Assembly: GCA_040954595.2 (NCBI GenBank)
Contig: JBECUI020000031.1
Location: 235,417-299,416, forward strand
From: Balanoglossus misakiensis
Lineage: Eukaryota > Animalia > Hemichordata
Length of the DNA: 64,000 nt
Reading direction: 5' to 3'
Below are positions 1 to 10,695 of the stretch, one piece after another. Position 1 is the stretch's first letter; each line of letters opens with the position of its first letter. The notes beneath the pieces are model-generated. The model did no database searches, was not told where the DNA came from, and saw only the letters and a program-made list of their open reading frames with translations. The translations under genes were made by a program, and so were the position numbers.

Positions 1-537
1 GTCCAGAATAAGGAAAAAAAACAGGAGATACAGAAACTGTATCGGCATGAAACCAAAGAACTTTGTTGTGGAGATTTTTGAGAACGCTTCTGGAAACTTG
101 GCATAGTTCTCTGAACCGGCAATGATCATGGAAATACCTCGATACAGGTACATAGTAGCCAAGGTGGTCACCAGAGAGGGGATTTTAGTCTGGGATATAA
201 GGAGACCATTGATTAACCCTCCCAGAACGGATACCAGAATGCCCGCCGCCATGGCCAGGAACAAATTCTGGGTATTGACCCAGGTAAAACCAAAGACAAT
301 ACCACCCATCTGAAGATTGTAGCCGACACCAAGGTCAACACCGCCAGTGCTGATAATAAAGGTCATTCCCAGGGCCATCAAACCGATTTCACCGACAATG
401 GTAAACACATCAAAGAAAACCCGCGGTTGAAAAAACACCGGTTCAATAATACCGAAAAGACCCACAAGCCCCAGCAGTGTAAGAAAAAGAATAAACTGAT
501 GGTTCATGTGGAATATAAATTTCTTCTTATTGCCCAC
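1..537 (-). CDS. Sugar ABC transporter permease (RbsC/RhaQ-like), runs off the window start
   Basis: Manual translation from GTG at 537 (GGAG upstream): ...VGEIGLMALGMTFIISTGGVDLGVG..., hydrophobic; overlaps the stop of the upstream permease. Confidence 0.85.
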   Translation of the reverse strand, partial: MGNKKKFIFHMNHQFILFLTLLGLVGLFGIIEPVFFQPRVFFDVFTIVGEIGLMALGMTFIISTGGVDLGVGYNLQMGGIVFGFTWVNTQNLFLAMAAGILVSVLGGLINGLLISQTKIPSLVTTLATMYLYRGISMIIAGSENYAKFPEAFSKISTTKFFGFMPIQFLYLLFFFLILD

Positions 538-1537
538 CAGTTAGCTCCTTTTCAGATATATCTTTTCGATTTGACGAGCCTCGTTCTTGTTTCCTCCGTG
601 GGGAAAAATCAGCAATGCTAACGAATACGGCAACAAGTATAATGACCCCTTGAAGGGCAAATTGGTAATAGTCCTGAAAGCCCAAGTAGATCATGGCAAT
701 GCTGACAAGGTAAACGAACATGGAACCCAGAACCGCACCGATAATCTTTCCTGCTCCCCCGAAAATACTCAGGCCTCCTACCAGAGCCGCAGAAATAAAG
801 AACAATTCCCGCCCTATAAAGACCGAAGGCATAACCTCGTTGCGCGTCATGGCTCGAAGTAAGGCGGAAACACTGATGAGGAAGCCATGAACCAGAAAAA
901 CCTTAAAAACTGTTCTATTTGGGTTAATCCCGCTGTATATAGCGGATTGCTCGTTGCTGCCAACGGCATAGAGAGTTTTTCCGAATTTTGAATAGCCCAT
1001 AATAAAAATGAATACCCCGGAAACCAACAGGGCAATGATAAAGGTATAAGGGACAAGATCAAAAAGCCGCCCCCGGCCAAACCAAGTAAACTTGGGACCA
1101 AGATTCTCTATCCAACCGGACTGAGGAAGAAAAGTGACGTAGAATCCAACATGGACCATCATCATGGCCAAAGTAACCACAATGGAAGGGACCTTAAACT
1201 TAACGGTAATTAGCCCATTTAAACCCGAGAGAAACACACCAACAATAATGGCTGCGGGAACAAAAACTATCATGGGAGCTCCAGTCTTTACCAAGGCCCC
1301 AGCCGTGTAGGCCACAAAACCACTGATTGTTCCCATGGATATGTCTATATTCTTTGTCAGTATCACCATGGAAATCCCAATGGCGGCAACTATAGTGGGA
1401 CTTACATCCAACATGAAACTGTAGAGTCCCGACTTGCTGGCAAAGTTTGTGCTCAGAGAAAGAAAAAGGATAAGGGCTGCCACAATAATGGCAAGAATAC
1501 CTTCTCGACTAATACGGATTTTTCTGTTTTGACTCAT
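527..1537 (-). CDS. Sugar ABC transporter permease (RbsC/RhaP-like)
   Basis: 336 aa, multiple TM segments, motifs ILTKNIDISMG and GKTLYAVGSNEQSA. Confidence 0.92.
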   Translation of the reverse strand: MSQNRKIRISREGILAIIVAALILFLSLSTNFASKSGLYSFMLDVSPTIVAAIGISMVILTKNIDISMGTISGFVAYTAGALVKTGAPMIVFVPAAIIVGVFLSGLNGLITVKFKVPSIVVTLAMMMVHVGFYVTFLPQSGWIENLGPKFTWFGRGRLFDLVPYTFIIALLVSGVFIFIMGYSKFGKTLYAVGSNEQSAIYSGINPNRTVFKVFLVHGFLISVSALLRAMTRNEVMPSVFIGRELFFISAALVGGLSIFGGAGKIIGAVLGSMFVYLVSIAMIYLGFQDYYQFALQGVIILVAVFVSIADFSPRRKQERGSSNRKDISEKELTGGQ

Positions 1538-1559
1538 GTGATGTCCTTCTGAATTTGAC

Positions 1560-3059
1560 CTACAAGGCCATGGCTAGGATTTTTTTTTGGGACATATCAC
1601 TACGAGAAAGTTCACCGGCCATACGCCCTTCTTTCATGACAAAGACTCGATCACACATGCCCAATATCTCCGGTAGATCGCTGGAAATAAGAATGATTGA
1701 CCGTCCTTCCATAGCAAGTTCATTGATGATTCTATGGATCTCACTCTTGGCGCCAACGTCGATGCCCCGGGTCGGCTCATCCATAATAAGGATATTCGGA
1801 TTGATTACCAGAGACTTTGCCAGGGAAACTTTCTGCTGGTTCCCTCCCGAAAGCTTAGCCACAGTAAAATCTCTATCGGGGGTTTTTACCCCTAGTTTCT
1901 CTATGTATTCGTCAACATATTGTATCTCTGTGTTCTTTTTGACAATGCCTATACCGTTCGAAATCTGTGGCTGAAGCTTATGGGTAAGGTTTATCCTTAC
2001 AGACATATCCACAATCAATCCATAAGCTTTTCGATCTTCAGAAACATAATCAATACCAAGAGCCTGAGCTGAACGATAATTGGGAATAGAAACCAGCTTG
2101 CCCCCTATCATGATACTGCCAGAATCCGGCTTAGTGAGTCCGCAAATTGCCAGAGCCAGTTCCGTACGTCCTGCACCAGCCAAACCGGCCAAACCAAGAA
2201 TCTCACCCTTCCGAAGGTTGAGGTCGACATCATACAACACATCGCCCTGACTTATTCCCTTTGCCTCAAACACCACTTCCCCAAGCTCCACACTGGTCTT
2301 GGGGTAGAGTCGCTCAAGGCTCCGTCCCACCATCCAGGTTACCAATTGGTCCCTGTTCGTTGCCGATACTTCTGAAGTTGCGATACCGCAGCCGTCTCTG
2401 AGAACGGTCACCCGATCGGCAATTTCAAAGATTTCATCCAACCTATGGCTGATGTAAAGCATGGAATGCCCTTCGGAACGTAATTTGCGTATGACATTGA
2501 GAAGGGTATCAACCTCCTTATTCGTCAATGCGGCCGTTGGTTCGTCTAAAATGAGTATGGGAGAATCAAAAGTTAATGCCTTGGCAATTTCTATCATCTG
2601 CTTGGTGGCAACACCCAGCCTTGAAACAGTTGTGTCGAGATCAATAGACATTCCCAAGCGTTCAAAAATTTGTGTAGCCCTGCGCCGCATTGCAGGGTAA
2701 TCGTTGATTCTCAAAAAACCGAGGAAGGGCTTTTGGAGCTCGTGGCCTATGAAGATGTTCTCCAGAACGCTGAGCTCGGGAAACAGGCTCGATTCCTGAT
2801 AAATTATAGCGATTCCCTTGGTATAGGCATCGTGAGGATCGTGAATTATACATTCCTCTCCATTTAAGCTTATGGAGCCAGCATCAGGAGAATGCACACC
2901 ACAGACAATCTTGATCAGTGTCGATTTCCCGGCACCGTTTTCCCCGCAAATAGCAAGGACCTCGCTTTTCCTGAGCTCCAAAGAGACATTAGAAAGGGCC
3001 TTAACACCTGGAAATGACTTCTCTATGTTGCTAACACGGAGTATTACTTCTTTATTCAT
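1560..3059 (-). CDS. Sugar ABC transporter ATP-binding protein, two NBDs (RbsA/RhaT-like)
   Basis: GENGAGKST Walker A, ILDEPT, LSGGNQQK signature, MDEPTRGIDVGAK. Confidence 0.95.
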   Translation of the reverse strand: MNKEVILRVSNIEKSFPGVKALSNVSLELRKSEVLAICGENGAGKSTLIKIVCGVHSPDAGSISLNGEECIIHDPHDAYTKGIAIIYQESSLFPELSVLENIFIGHELQKPFLGFLRINDYPAMRRRATQIFERLGMSIDLDTTVSRLGVATKQMIEIAKALTFDSPILILDEPTAALTNKEVDTLLNVIRKLRSEGHSMLYISHRLDEIFEIADRVTVLRDGCGIATSEVSATNRDQLVTWMVGRSLERLYPKTSVELGEVVFEAKGISQGDVLYDVDLNLRKGEILGLAGLAGAGRTELALAICGLTKPDSGSIMIGGKLVSIPNYRSAQALGIDYVSEDRKAYGLIVDMSVRINLTHKLQPQISNGIGIVKKNTEIQYVDEYIEKLGVKTPDRDFTVAKLSGGNQQKVSLAKSLVINPNILIMDEPTRGIDVGAKSEIHRIINELAMEGRSIILISSDLPEILGMCDRVFVMKEGRMAGELSRSDMSQKKILAMAL

Positions 3060-3114
3060 ATAAAAACAGATCCACTATAACTAGCTACTAAGGAATTCTG
3101 GGATCCTGATATGA

Positions 3115-3153
3115 CACATAAAAGCCAGGAAGGCTCTTCCCAGCTTTTATGTG
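3115..3153 (-). terminator. Stem-loop just 3' of the substrate-binding protein gene (terminator or mRNA stabiliser)
   Basis: CACATAAAAGC (3115-3125) and GCTTTTATGTG (3143-3153) form an inverted repeat. Confidence 0.55.
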
Positions 3154-3166
3154 AGGCTATTGGAGA

Positions 3167-4318
3167 TTATTTAAGGAAATACTCCATTCCATGATCATCA
3201 GTGGGATAACCACGGAAACGATTGATATTGGTAAGGTTCCAAACTATGGGAGGACCAAGAACAATCTCGTTATTCGCCAGAATCTTATGACCTTCCCTGG
3301 GATAACTCACAACGGAACCGTCTACAAAGTTGATGGTCATGTTCGTTCCGCTCAAAGGGCTGGGATATCGGGAGCCAGTAGGCTCACGACCTTCCAGTAC
3401 ATCATAAGCGACATGCATAGCGAGATAACCAAGGTCAAAGGGCTGCCACAGGACAACACCTGACATTCTCCCTGCTTCCATGTCGTTGCGGGAGCTTTCA
3501 GGTACGCTGATCCCCACAATTTTTACAGCGTCTTCAATGCCAAGCTGATCGCGTGCCGAGGAAACAGCCGGAACCGTGTTTGACGATAAGGCAACGATGC
3601 CCTTGATGTCACTGTTGGCAGAAAGTAGTGCCTTGACCTTCTCATCAGCGGTGCCTTGATCGTTTCCAGCATAAACAATTTCGTTGGGACTCCGTAACAA
3701 ATCAACATGCGCATACTCGCCGCCCATCTTCGATTCGTATTCTTGAATAATAGCATTCAGCCAGGCATTCTGGTTGGGAGAGTCATTGGTCGTGGAAACT
3801 AACGCCACCTTGGCCTTATTAGAAGCGGAGTATCCCGCCTTAAGCTCACCGGAGATTCCCTGAAAGGTCGCAATGCCGATAGCATCAAATTCGCCTTGGT
3901 TAACAAAGAAATCACGGGCTTCCGCTTGGACATCGGCATCCCAGGTAATAACCTTAATCCCCATGCTCATAGCCTCTTTCAGAGTTGAGGCATAGCTATC
4001 GGGATCGAGTGCAGAAACCAGAATGGCATCGTAACCACGATCGATAAAGCTTTGGATGTAGTTCTTTTGGTTGGCCGCCGAAGTTTGAGACATGGTGTCA
4101 CCAACCCAGTCAAACTGAACATTCCCAAGTTCATCGGCAGCAGTTTGGAAACCGTTCCGACAGGCAATAAAATAATCTTCAGCAATAAATTTAGGAATTA
4201 CTCCCACCTTATATATCTTTTGTCCATCCATACCACTGCTTTCGCCACTCCCGCCTGCAAATAAAGGCAGAACGGCAAAGGCAACAAGAACAAAAATACC
4301 AGCAATAATTTTTTTCAT
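3167..4318 (-). CDS. Periplasmic sugar-binding protein (RhaS/LsrB-like)
   Basis: Signal peptide ending PLFAGG; motifs IPKF..EDYF, VITWDADV, VLWQPFDLGY typical of rhamnose/AI-2-type binding proteins. Confidence 0.85.
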   Translation of the reverse strand: MKKIIAGIFVLVAFAVLPLFAGGSGESSGMDGQKIYKVGVIPKFIAEDYFIACRNGFQTAADELGNVQFDWVGDTMSQTSAANQKNYIQSFIDRGYDAILVSALDPDSYASTLKEAMSMGIKVITWDADVQAEARDFFVNQGEFDAIGIATFQGISGELKAGYSASNKAKVALVSTTNDSPNQNAWLNAIIQEYESKMGGEYAHVDLLRSPNEIVYAGNDQGTADEKVKALLSANSDIKGIVALSSNTVPAVSSARDQLGIEDAVKIVGISVPESSRNDMEAGRMSGVVLWQPFDLGYLAMHVAYDVLEGREPTGSRYPSPLSGTNMTINFVDGSVVSYPREGHKILANNEIVLGPPIVWNLTNINRFRGYPTDDHGMEYFLK

Positions 4319-4564
4319 ATAGCTCCTTATCTCCTCCTTGAAATTAATAGATTATTAGGAAACTTCTTTTTATCTGAAGTTGTTAGACCTAATCAATAGA
4401 TAATAGCTAAAAACAAAGATGATACATGCAAGTATGCTAACATTCTTCAGCATATATTACCAGCTCTGCTTTTTAATCCGATTAGGCTCGACAATAGTTT
4501 ATTTCCAGTCCTTAAGGAAATGTTAATTCCGATAAAATAGATGTGCTTTTCACCAAGTATCACA

Positions 4565-4592
4565 ACTTACATTGATTCTAGTCAATGTAAGT
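4565..4592. promoter_or_regulatory. 11-bp perfect inverted repeat, candidate operator upstream of the ABC operon
   Basis: ACTTACATTGA-ttctag-TCAATGTAAGT. Confidence 0.4.
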
Positions 4593-4628
4593 AGCCTGCC
4601 TGCAAGTTTGCCCCGGAATTCCTCAGGG

Positions 4629-5549
4629 CTATCCTCCCCGAGCATAGCAAGTCTTTAAAGTCTTGATAGATTCTTCGATTTCCCGGGCAAGGAGGTAGTC
4701 GGAATAGTCCCGGCCAAGCTTGGGACCGGGAAGTTCCAGATAGCCTATAGGGTCAGGACATGGAAGCTCGTCCTGACGAGTCTCCAGAATCTTTAAGACA
4801 GTGACTGGATTGACAATACCCCTCTTCATATCCTCTGCCCCAAACCCAAAGGTGGAATGAAACAGGGAATCGGTATTTTTAAAATGGAACTCCCACAGCC
4901 AGGGAATTCCATGAGCAAAGAGAACCATATGATCATGAGTAACCAGGCCCTCCTTATTCGCATAACCGTGGGCAGTATCACCACAGAGAAGAACAGGGAC
5001 CATTGATTTGGAGGTATGGGCACTGGCCTCCTCAAAAAAACGCATGTAACGGATAATTTCTTCAGGAAGCGTGGGAGGCTCCGCCAAGCATGACATAGGT
5101 TCCACAGTAAGAGCCTTAAGACCAACTTCGGCGGCATATTGGGCCAGAAAGACCATGGCTTCCAGATAGTTGAGATTCCCCTGCTCCTTATAGTGTTTCT
5201 GATCTCGCAGCACGGCTCCCGGATTGGAGCCTACGGTTTCAGCACCCAGGAGAACTCCTATCTCAATATAGCGGCAGTAGGCATCTCTGGCTGCCTGATG
5301 GAGATGTTCATCCTCAATAAAAAAGCCTCCAAGTTCGCGGTAAGAGGTGAAGCAACTACGGATTTTAATTCCATAATCCTCAGCCTGACACCGAATCCTG
5401 AGGAAGTAGCTGTCGGGAAGTCGATACATTTCAGGAAAAGAGCCGAACTGCAGGTTGACGAGTTTCAGGCGGTTCATCAGTTTGAATAGCCAGGGATAGC
5501 TGTATCGATATTGAATGGGATCGGCTTTAATACCGATTTCCGTTTTCAT
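4629..5549 (-). CDS. Sugar phosphate isomerase/epimerase (AP-endonuclease-2 / xylose isomerase-like TIM barrel)
   Basis: Metal-binding motifs TVEPM, GDTAH, HFKNTD, YLELPG. Confidence 0.75.
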   Translation of the reverse strand: MKTEIGIKADPIQYRYSYPWLFKLMNRLKLVNLQFGSFPEMYRLPDSYFLRIRCQAEDYGIKIRSCFTSYRELGGFFIEDEHLHQAARDAYCRYIEIGVLLGAETVGSNPGAVLRDQKHYKEQGNLNYLEAMVFLAQYAAEVGLKALTVEPMSCLAEPPTLPEEIIRYMRFFEEASAHTSKSMVPVLLCGDTAHGYANKEGLVTHDHMVLFAHGIPWLWEFHFKNTDSLFHSTFGFGAEDMKRGIVNPVTVLKILETRQDELPCPDPIGYLELPGPKLGRDYSDYLLAREIEESIKTLKTCYARGG

Positions 5550-5552
5550 GGT

Positions 5553-6590
5553 TTATTCTCCACTGCAAAAAATGACTTTGTTGTACCATAGGGTCTTTCT
5601 GAACATGGCTGTGAGCATGCTAGGACCATCCTTCAGGGCTAGGCAATGACTAACGAGAGGTTTGAGCTCGATATCTTTGCCCATGGCAGCCAACACTCGA
5701 GTCCAATCATCTTTTCCCCGCGGTACTCCCTTGCTGTTCCACACACCATAAATGCTAAGCTCCCGGCGCAGTATGGTAGAGAACTCCGCCTCGGGAATTG
5801 AAAAATTACCATGAATATTACCCAGAAAAACTACCTGACCAAAAAGCCCTGCCGAAGCGAGTGCCTGCCTGAAAGTAAGAGGCAAACCGCAGGCCTCCAC
5901 AACAAGATCGGCACCTCCCCCAGTCAGTGAGTGAATGCTTTCTACCGGGTCCTTCTCTGCCGGGTCGACCGCTGTAAGATCCATATCGGCCGCAATAGCA
6001 CGCTTTTTCTTGTCCGGTTCCACCAGAATCACAGGACGACAACCGCAAAGCCAAAGCCATTGGGCCGCCATGTTTCCTATAGGTCCCCCACCTATAACGG
6101 CTGCCGACATACCAGGCTGGGCTTTGAACTTGGAAACGGCATGATAAGCAACGGCACAGGGCTCAGTCATAGCAGCAAGTACTGGATCCACATGGGGAGG
6201 CAGAGGGATAAGATTAAACTCAGGTACCCAAAGAAACTCCTGAAAGCCACCATCTCGACGGGAACCGAAATAATCATAATTCCGAGACAGGGCAAATTCA
6301 CCAATCTGGTTAATGCTTTCGGAAAAATCTGGAAGAAGTGGAAAAATAGCTACCTTATCCCCAAGGGAAAAACTCCCTCCAGAAGGTCCCTGTTCTATAA
6401 TACCGGAAAGCTCATGGCCCATGACCAGAGGATAGCTGTAGGCTCCTCCAAGGAATCCTCGAGTCAGATCCGAGCCGCAGACTCCTGCCGCAATAATGCG
6501 AACCAGGTAGGGATTGATACCAAATGGTTCAGGTAGAGGACGTTCCTGCACAACTAGTTTACCCTTGCCCACCAAAGTAAGTGCCAACAT
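5553..6590 (-). CDS. Zn-dependent polyol dehydrogenase (galactitol-1-phosphate 5-dehydrogenase-like)
   Basis: GVCGSD, MGHE, GSRRDGGFQE, GGGPIG Rossmann motif. Confidence 0.85.
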   Translation of the reverse strand: MLALTLVGKGKLVVQERPLPEPFGINPYLVRIIAAGVCGSDLTRGFLGGAYSYPLVMGHELSGIIEQGPSGGSFSLGDKVAIFPLLPDFSESINQIGEFALSRNYDYFGSRRDGGFQEFLWVPEFNLIPLPPHVDPVLAAMTEPCAVAYHAVSKFKAQPGMSAAVIGGGPIGNMAAQWLWLCGCRPVILVEPDKKKRAIAADMDLTAVDPAEKDPVESIHSLTGGGADLVVEACGLPLTFRQALASAGLFGQVVFLGNIHGNFSIPEAEFSTILRRELSIYGVWNSKGVPRGKDDWTRVLAAMGKDIELKPLVSHCLALKDGPSMLTAMFRKTLWYNKVIFCSGE

Positions 6591-7095
6591 GGTTGTTCTA
6601 TGGTAGCCCCCCCAAAAACCCTCGTCAATCTCTTACGATACCCCCCTATTTTACTCAAGCCAATGGGCAGGGCCTTATCTTCGCGGATACACAGCAATTA
6701 TGAACCTGTTTGCTAAGAATCTCCCCGGCAATGTCTGCCCAATGGCTTCAACCTCATGCTGATAGGCAACTCGTAAAAGAAAAATATGACTTCGCTTAAA
6801 GATTAGAGAACAGCAATATTGTAATTCCTTTTGTCAGCAAGGTCTTACAAGACTCCGGTTTTCCTTTAATTAAAAACGTACAAGTAAAAATCCCTTCCGT
6901 ATCAATTTTTTTCCTAAAAACAAAAGAAGTTATATTGAACATCAAAGCCGTCAACAAAAGAGGAAAGTTCATTAATAGCTGAAATTCAGAATAACAATGA
7001 CGACTTTCTCATTTTTAACAAAACGCCTAAGCTGCCGAAGGTCTGCTGATTTTAGTTGAATGGGAAGGCTAAGGCCCTGCCCTAGTGAAAAAAGA

Positions 7096-8208
7096 TTAGG
7101 AGTTCTTTTCCCAGTCTATCATGACCTTCAAGCTGTCTGGTTCGGAGGCCCGTTGGAAAGCATCAGAGAGCTTAGAGGGAGTAAAAAGCTCATTTTCGCC
7201 GGTCATGCGTTTCAAAAGAGGTAACTTCCCTTCGCTAATGAGTCGATGAGCCAGGCTAATACCGTGTTGGGTGGAACCGTGTGTCGCCTGATAGCACTGA
7301 AACTTGTAATGCACATCGTTGTTTAAATCAAGGTCTATGGCTATGGATGGCTTTGTCCCACTACTTTTTACCCCAGCATGAACATCTAAGACAGAGGCAT
7401 GCCCCATAAGCTCGACACCTAACCGGTATGCGGCTTCGGCCGAGACATTTACCATGATAAAGTGAGCTTCGTTGAAGGGCCGACATTCCGCTAGGATCTT
7501 TTCCTTTACTTCGCCGGTCCATAGGATTCCCTTTACACGCTCTCCTCCAAAGTCCCTCAGGACCCGCCGCAACCTTTCCTGGCCACGATTGACAATGATT
7601 ACCTTTCTAGCTCCTAGGGCCAGGGCATTTTGAAGGGCATAGGTCCCTTGAGACCCGGCACCAATCAGAACAACATTCCTGCCTTCAATACAATGGTTGA
7701 CCCTGGTCATGCCTTCAAGATTGCAGGCCAGTGGTTCAAGATGACAGGCTTCTTCTGGGGTGACGGGAGGCTCAAACTTCATAATAGGACCTAGGTCAAC
7801 AAACCAACCAGGCAGAATGGCATAGTCACGGGCAAAGCCGGGAAACTCATGTCCAGTAGCCTGGGTTTGGGGACAACTGGTCCAATCTCCAAGACCCTCA
7901 TCCCCGCAATACCTGCAGGAACGGTCTCCGCAGGGGATATCGCAGCCCAAACCCACAAGTTCGCCAACCTTAAATTTGCTTACCCCTTTACCGACAGCAT
8001 CTACCCGGCATGCGGCCTCATGCAAGATTACCGCTGGCCATTCTCTAATTCGGGGAAGTCCATGTTTATAAATAGCAATGTCGGACCGGCATATAGAGGT
8101 TCGGAGAGTTTTTAATCTAATTTCTCCAGGGGCAGGCTCAGCAATGGTCTCCTCCACCGCTGTAAACCTTCCTCCAGGCTTGTTCAAATAGTACACTATG
8201 TTTTTCAT
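7096..8208 (-). CDS. Zn-dependent alcohol/sugar dehydrogenase (MDR family)
   Basis: ICRSD, LHE, structural Zn motif CGDRSCRYC...C, GAGSQG. Confidence 0.8.
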   Translation of the reverse strand: MKNIVYYLNKPGGRFTAVEETIAEPAPGEIRLKTLRTSICRSDIAIYKHGLPRIREWPAVILHEAACRVDAVGKGVSKFKVGELVGLGCDIPCGDRSCRYCGDEGLGDWTSCPQTQATGHEFPGFARDYAILPGWFVDLGPIMKFEPPVTPEEACHLEPLACNLEGMTRVNHCIEGRNVVLIGAGSQGTYALQNALALGARKVIIVNRGQERLRRVLRDFGGERVKGILWTGEVKEKILAECRPFNEAHFIMVNVSAEAAYRLGVELMGHASVLDVHAGVKSSGTKPSIAIDLDLNNDVHYKFQCYQATHGSTQHGISLAHRLISEGKLPLLKRMTGENELFTPSKLSDAFQRASEPDSLKVMIDWEKNS

Positions 8209-8264
8209 GCTTGTTTATATTATTTTAAACAGCTGTGATAAACAATGTGGAAAGCCTCATACTC

Positions 8265-9146
8265 TTATTTTTCGTTTGAGGCCCACTGGCTTGGAGTAAT
8301 CCCGGTTTTTTTTTTGAACATTTTTGAAAAATGGTAGGGATCGTTAAAGTTAAGATCGAATGCCACTTCCTTGACGGACATCGTCTTGGTTTCAAGAAGT
8401 TCTTTGGACTTGTTAATTTTGAGATGAAGGAAATATTGGTAGGGAGACATTCCAGTGTAATTCTTGAATATCCTGCGAAAACTCGTTGGATTGATCCCTA
8501 TCTCGGAAGCAATAGCATCGATCAGAACCTTTTTGGAAAATCTGTCAGCAAAGATCGCTTTGGCTAGTTCAACAATAGTCTCGGCACTATCTGGTTGGAG
8601 AAAAGCTTTGCGATAAGAAATAAACTTTGAGAGGATATAGATAACCATGGCACCGATCTGCAGCTGGTAACCAGGCCTCTCAAACCGAGCGAGCAGCAGG
8701 ACTTCCTGAAAGGCCCTAATAATATCTGCATGCAGGCCTATTTCCAATATCGGCTGCCTCACATCCAGAAACTTCCGCTCGAAAATTGTATCAATGAAAG
8801 AACCCTTACAACCTATCCAATACTCATCCCAACCAATAGAATCGTAGGGTCTATACCAATGCCTGACCCCAGGAAGCAGCAGGAATGCCGTGCCGGGACT
8901 AATGGAGAATTCGCCACTTGAACAGCGAAAAACCCCTCCTCCCCTTGTCACGTAGACAATGGCGTATTCGGAGAGGATACGCCCCTGGTCCCAGTCAAAG
9001 AAGTACTGAGACGGATGACACTCGGGATGGGGAGGATAGACCTCCCAAGGGTGCGTTTGCGCAAAACCCACCGTAGTGGCATAGCATTGCCAAGCCTGAT
9101 CTTCTTCGCTAAAGGTAAGGTATTTGGCGAATTCCTTATCGCCCAT
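8265..9146 (-). CDS. AraC-family transcriptional regulator
   Basis: N-terminal cupin domain; C-terminal FKNYTGMSP...VAFDLNFNDPYHFSKMFKKKTGITP double HTH. Confidence 0.93.
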   Translation of the reverse strand: MGDKEFAKYLTFSEEDQAWQCYATTVGFAQTHPWEVYPPHPECHPSQYFFDWDQGRILSEYAIVYVTRGGGVFRCSSGEFSISPGTAFLLLPGVRHWYRPYDSIGWDEYWIGCKGSFIDTIFERKFLDVRQPILEIGLHADIIRAFQEVLLLARFERPGYQLQIGAMVIYILSKFISYRKAFLQPDSAETIVELAKAIFADRFSKKVLIDAIASEIGINPTSFRRIFKNYTGMSPYQYFLHLKINKSKELLETKTMSVKEVAFDLNFNDPYHFSKMFKKKTGITPSQWASNEK

Positions 9147-9157
9147 AAGGCTCTAGT

Positions 9158-9184
9158 ATAAAGAACAAGAGCATAAAGAACAAG
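9158..9184. promoter_or_regulatory. Direct repeat ATAAAGAACAAG x2 in the divergent araC/desaturase intergenic region
   Basis: Copies at 9158-9169 and 9173-9184; function inferred only. Confidence 0.25.
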
Positions 9185-9299
9185 TATGGGCCATCTAATT
9201 CAGATTTCCAGTGGAAAATACATTAAAATTATCAGAATAAACATTTCTTAAAAGATGTATGGTTACCAACATGAATTATTATCAACCTGGAGGTAAAAT

Positions 9300-10325
9300 A
9301 TGGAAAAAGAAATGGCCATTCGATGGTACAAAACTCCCCTTAGCCCTCAGCGGCTCAAGGAATTAACCAAAAAAAACGATGTGAAGGGCTTTTTTCACCT
9401 GTTGGCGCACCTACTTTTCTGTGCTGCGACGGGCGGCGTAGTTTTCTTGTCTTTCCGGTTTCTTCCCTGGCCATTGACAGTACTGGCATTGTTAATTCAT
9501 GGCACCTTTTATAATTTCTTGGGAATGTTCACAGGCATTCACGAGCTCTCCCATCGAACCGCTTTTACATCGCGGTTTTTAAATGAGTTCTGGTACGTCA
9601 TTCTCGGGATGCTCACCTGGAACAACATTCATAAGTTTCGGGCAAGCCACATGACTCACCACAGGGTAACAACCTATTCGGGGCTTGATCTTGAAGTAGT
9701 CCTACCAGAACGGTTCAGGGCAATAGATTGGTTTTTCATGTTCACCATCAATCCGTTTTCTGGTGCAGGCGGCGTTCCGGGAATTATCTCCCTGATCGGA
9801 GAAACATTGCGATTTTCCTTTGGACACTTTGCAGGAGAATGGGAAAACCGGCTCTTCCCACCCACCAAGAAAAAGTACCGGTGGAAGGTTATACTTTTTT
9901 CCCAGATTACCCTTCTGTTCCACGTTCTAACAGCCACATGGTTTATCCTTTCGGGAAACTGGATTCTGGTACTGGTGGTCAACTTCGGAAGTTTTATTGC
10001 ACCATGGCTGGCAATACTCTGTGCATTGCCGCAGCATATTGCTCTTTCAGGAGACATTCCAGACTGGCGCCTTAATTCGCGCACAATGATTATTCATCCC
10101 TTTATTCGTTTTTTTTACTGGAACATGAATTATCACATTGAGCACCACATGTATGCCGCCGTACCCTTTTACAACCTTCCGGCACTCCACGAGGAGATCA
10201 AAGCTGATTGTCCCACACCGACTAAGGGCTTGTTTCATACTTGGCGAAACCTGATACCAGTTATCCGGAAACAAAGGAAAGATCCCTCCTACCATCTGGT
10301 CCCGGAACTTCCCGAGGTCTCGTAG
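9300..10325 (+). CDS. Membrane di-iron fatty-acid-desaturase-family enzyme (MocD-like)
   Basis: His boxes HELSH, HMTHH, YHIEHH; N-terminal WYKTPL..KEL resembles the MocD clade; GGAGG RBS. Confidence 0.85.
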   Translation: MEKEMAIRWYKTPLSPQRLKELTKKNDVKGFFHLLAHLLFCAATGGVVFLSFRFLPWPLTVLALLIHGTFYNFLGMFTGIHELSHRTAFTSRFLNEFWYVILGMLTWNNIHKFRASHMTHHRVTTYSGLDLEVVLPERFRAIDWFFMFTINPFSGAGGVPGIISLIGETLRFSFGHFAGEWENRLFPPTKKKYRWKVILFSQITLLFHVLTATWFILSGNWILVLVVNFGSFIAPWLAILCALPQHIALSGDIPDWRLNSRTMIIHPFIRFFYWNMNYHIEHHMYAAVPFYNLPALHEEIKADCPTPTKGLFHTWRNLIPVIRKQRKDPSYHLVPELPEVS

Positions 10326-10328
10326 AAG

Positions 10329-10652
10329 ATGCCTGGTAAGCGACTTGCTTTCAAGATGAAACTTATCGATCCCTCCTATGCAGAGGAATATAAAAAGCGT
10401 CACAAGAAGATTTGGCCCACTTTGGCCTCCCTACTAACCAAGGCAGGAGTTTCAAACTATTCAATCTTCCTGGATGAAGAAACAGGAACTTTGTTCGGCG
10501 TCCAGCAAGTCCGTGGACAAGGCGGTTCCCAAGATCTTAAAAAGGAAGCAATAGTCCAGGAATGGTGGGCCTATATGGCAGATATTATGGAAACCAACAG
10601 TGATGATTCCCCGGTGAGTACTCCCTTGTCTGAAGTATTTTTTCTGGAATAG
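10329..10652 (+). CDS. rhaM: L-rhamnose mutarotase
   Basis: AFKMKL...EYKKRH..IWP...NYSIFLD...WWAYMADIMETN..EVF family signature. Confidence 0.92.
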   Translation: MPGKRLAFKMKLIDPSYAEEYKKRHKKIWPTLASLLTKAGVSNYSIFLDEETGTLFGVQQVRGQGGSQDLKKEAIVQEWWAYMADIMETNSDDSPVSTPLSEVFFLE

Positions 10653-10695
10653 TCCTGAGCTTAAAAAGCACCAGAACAAACTTAAGGAGTTTGTC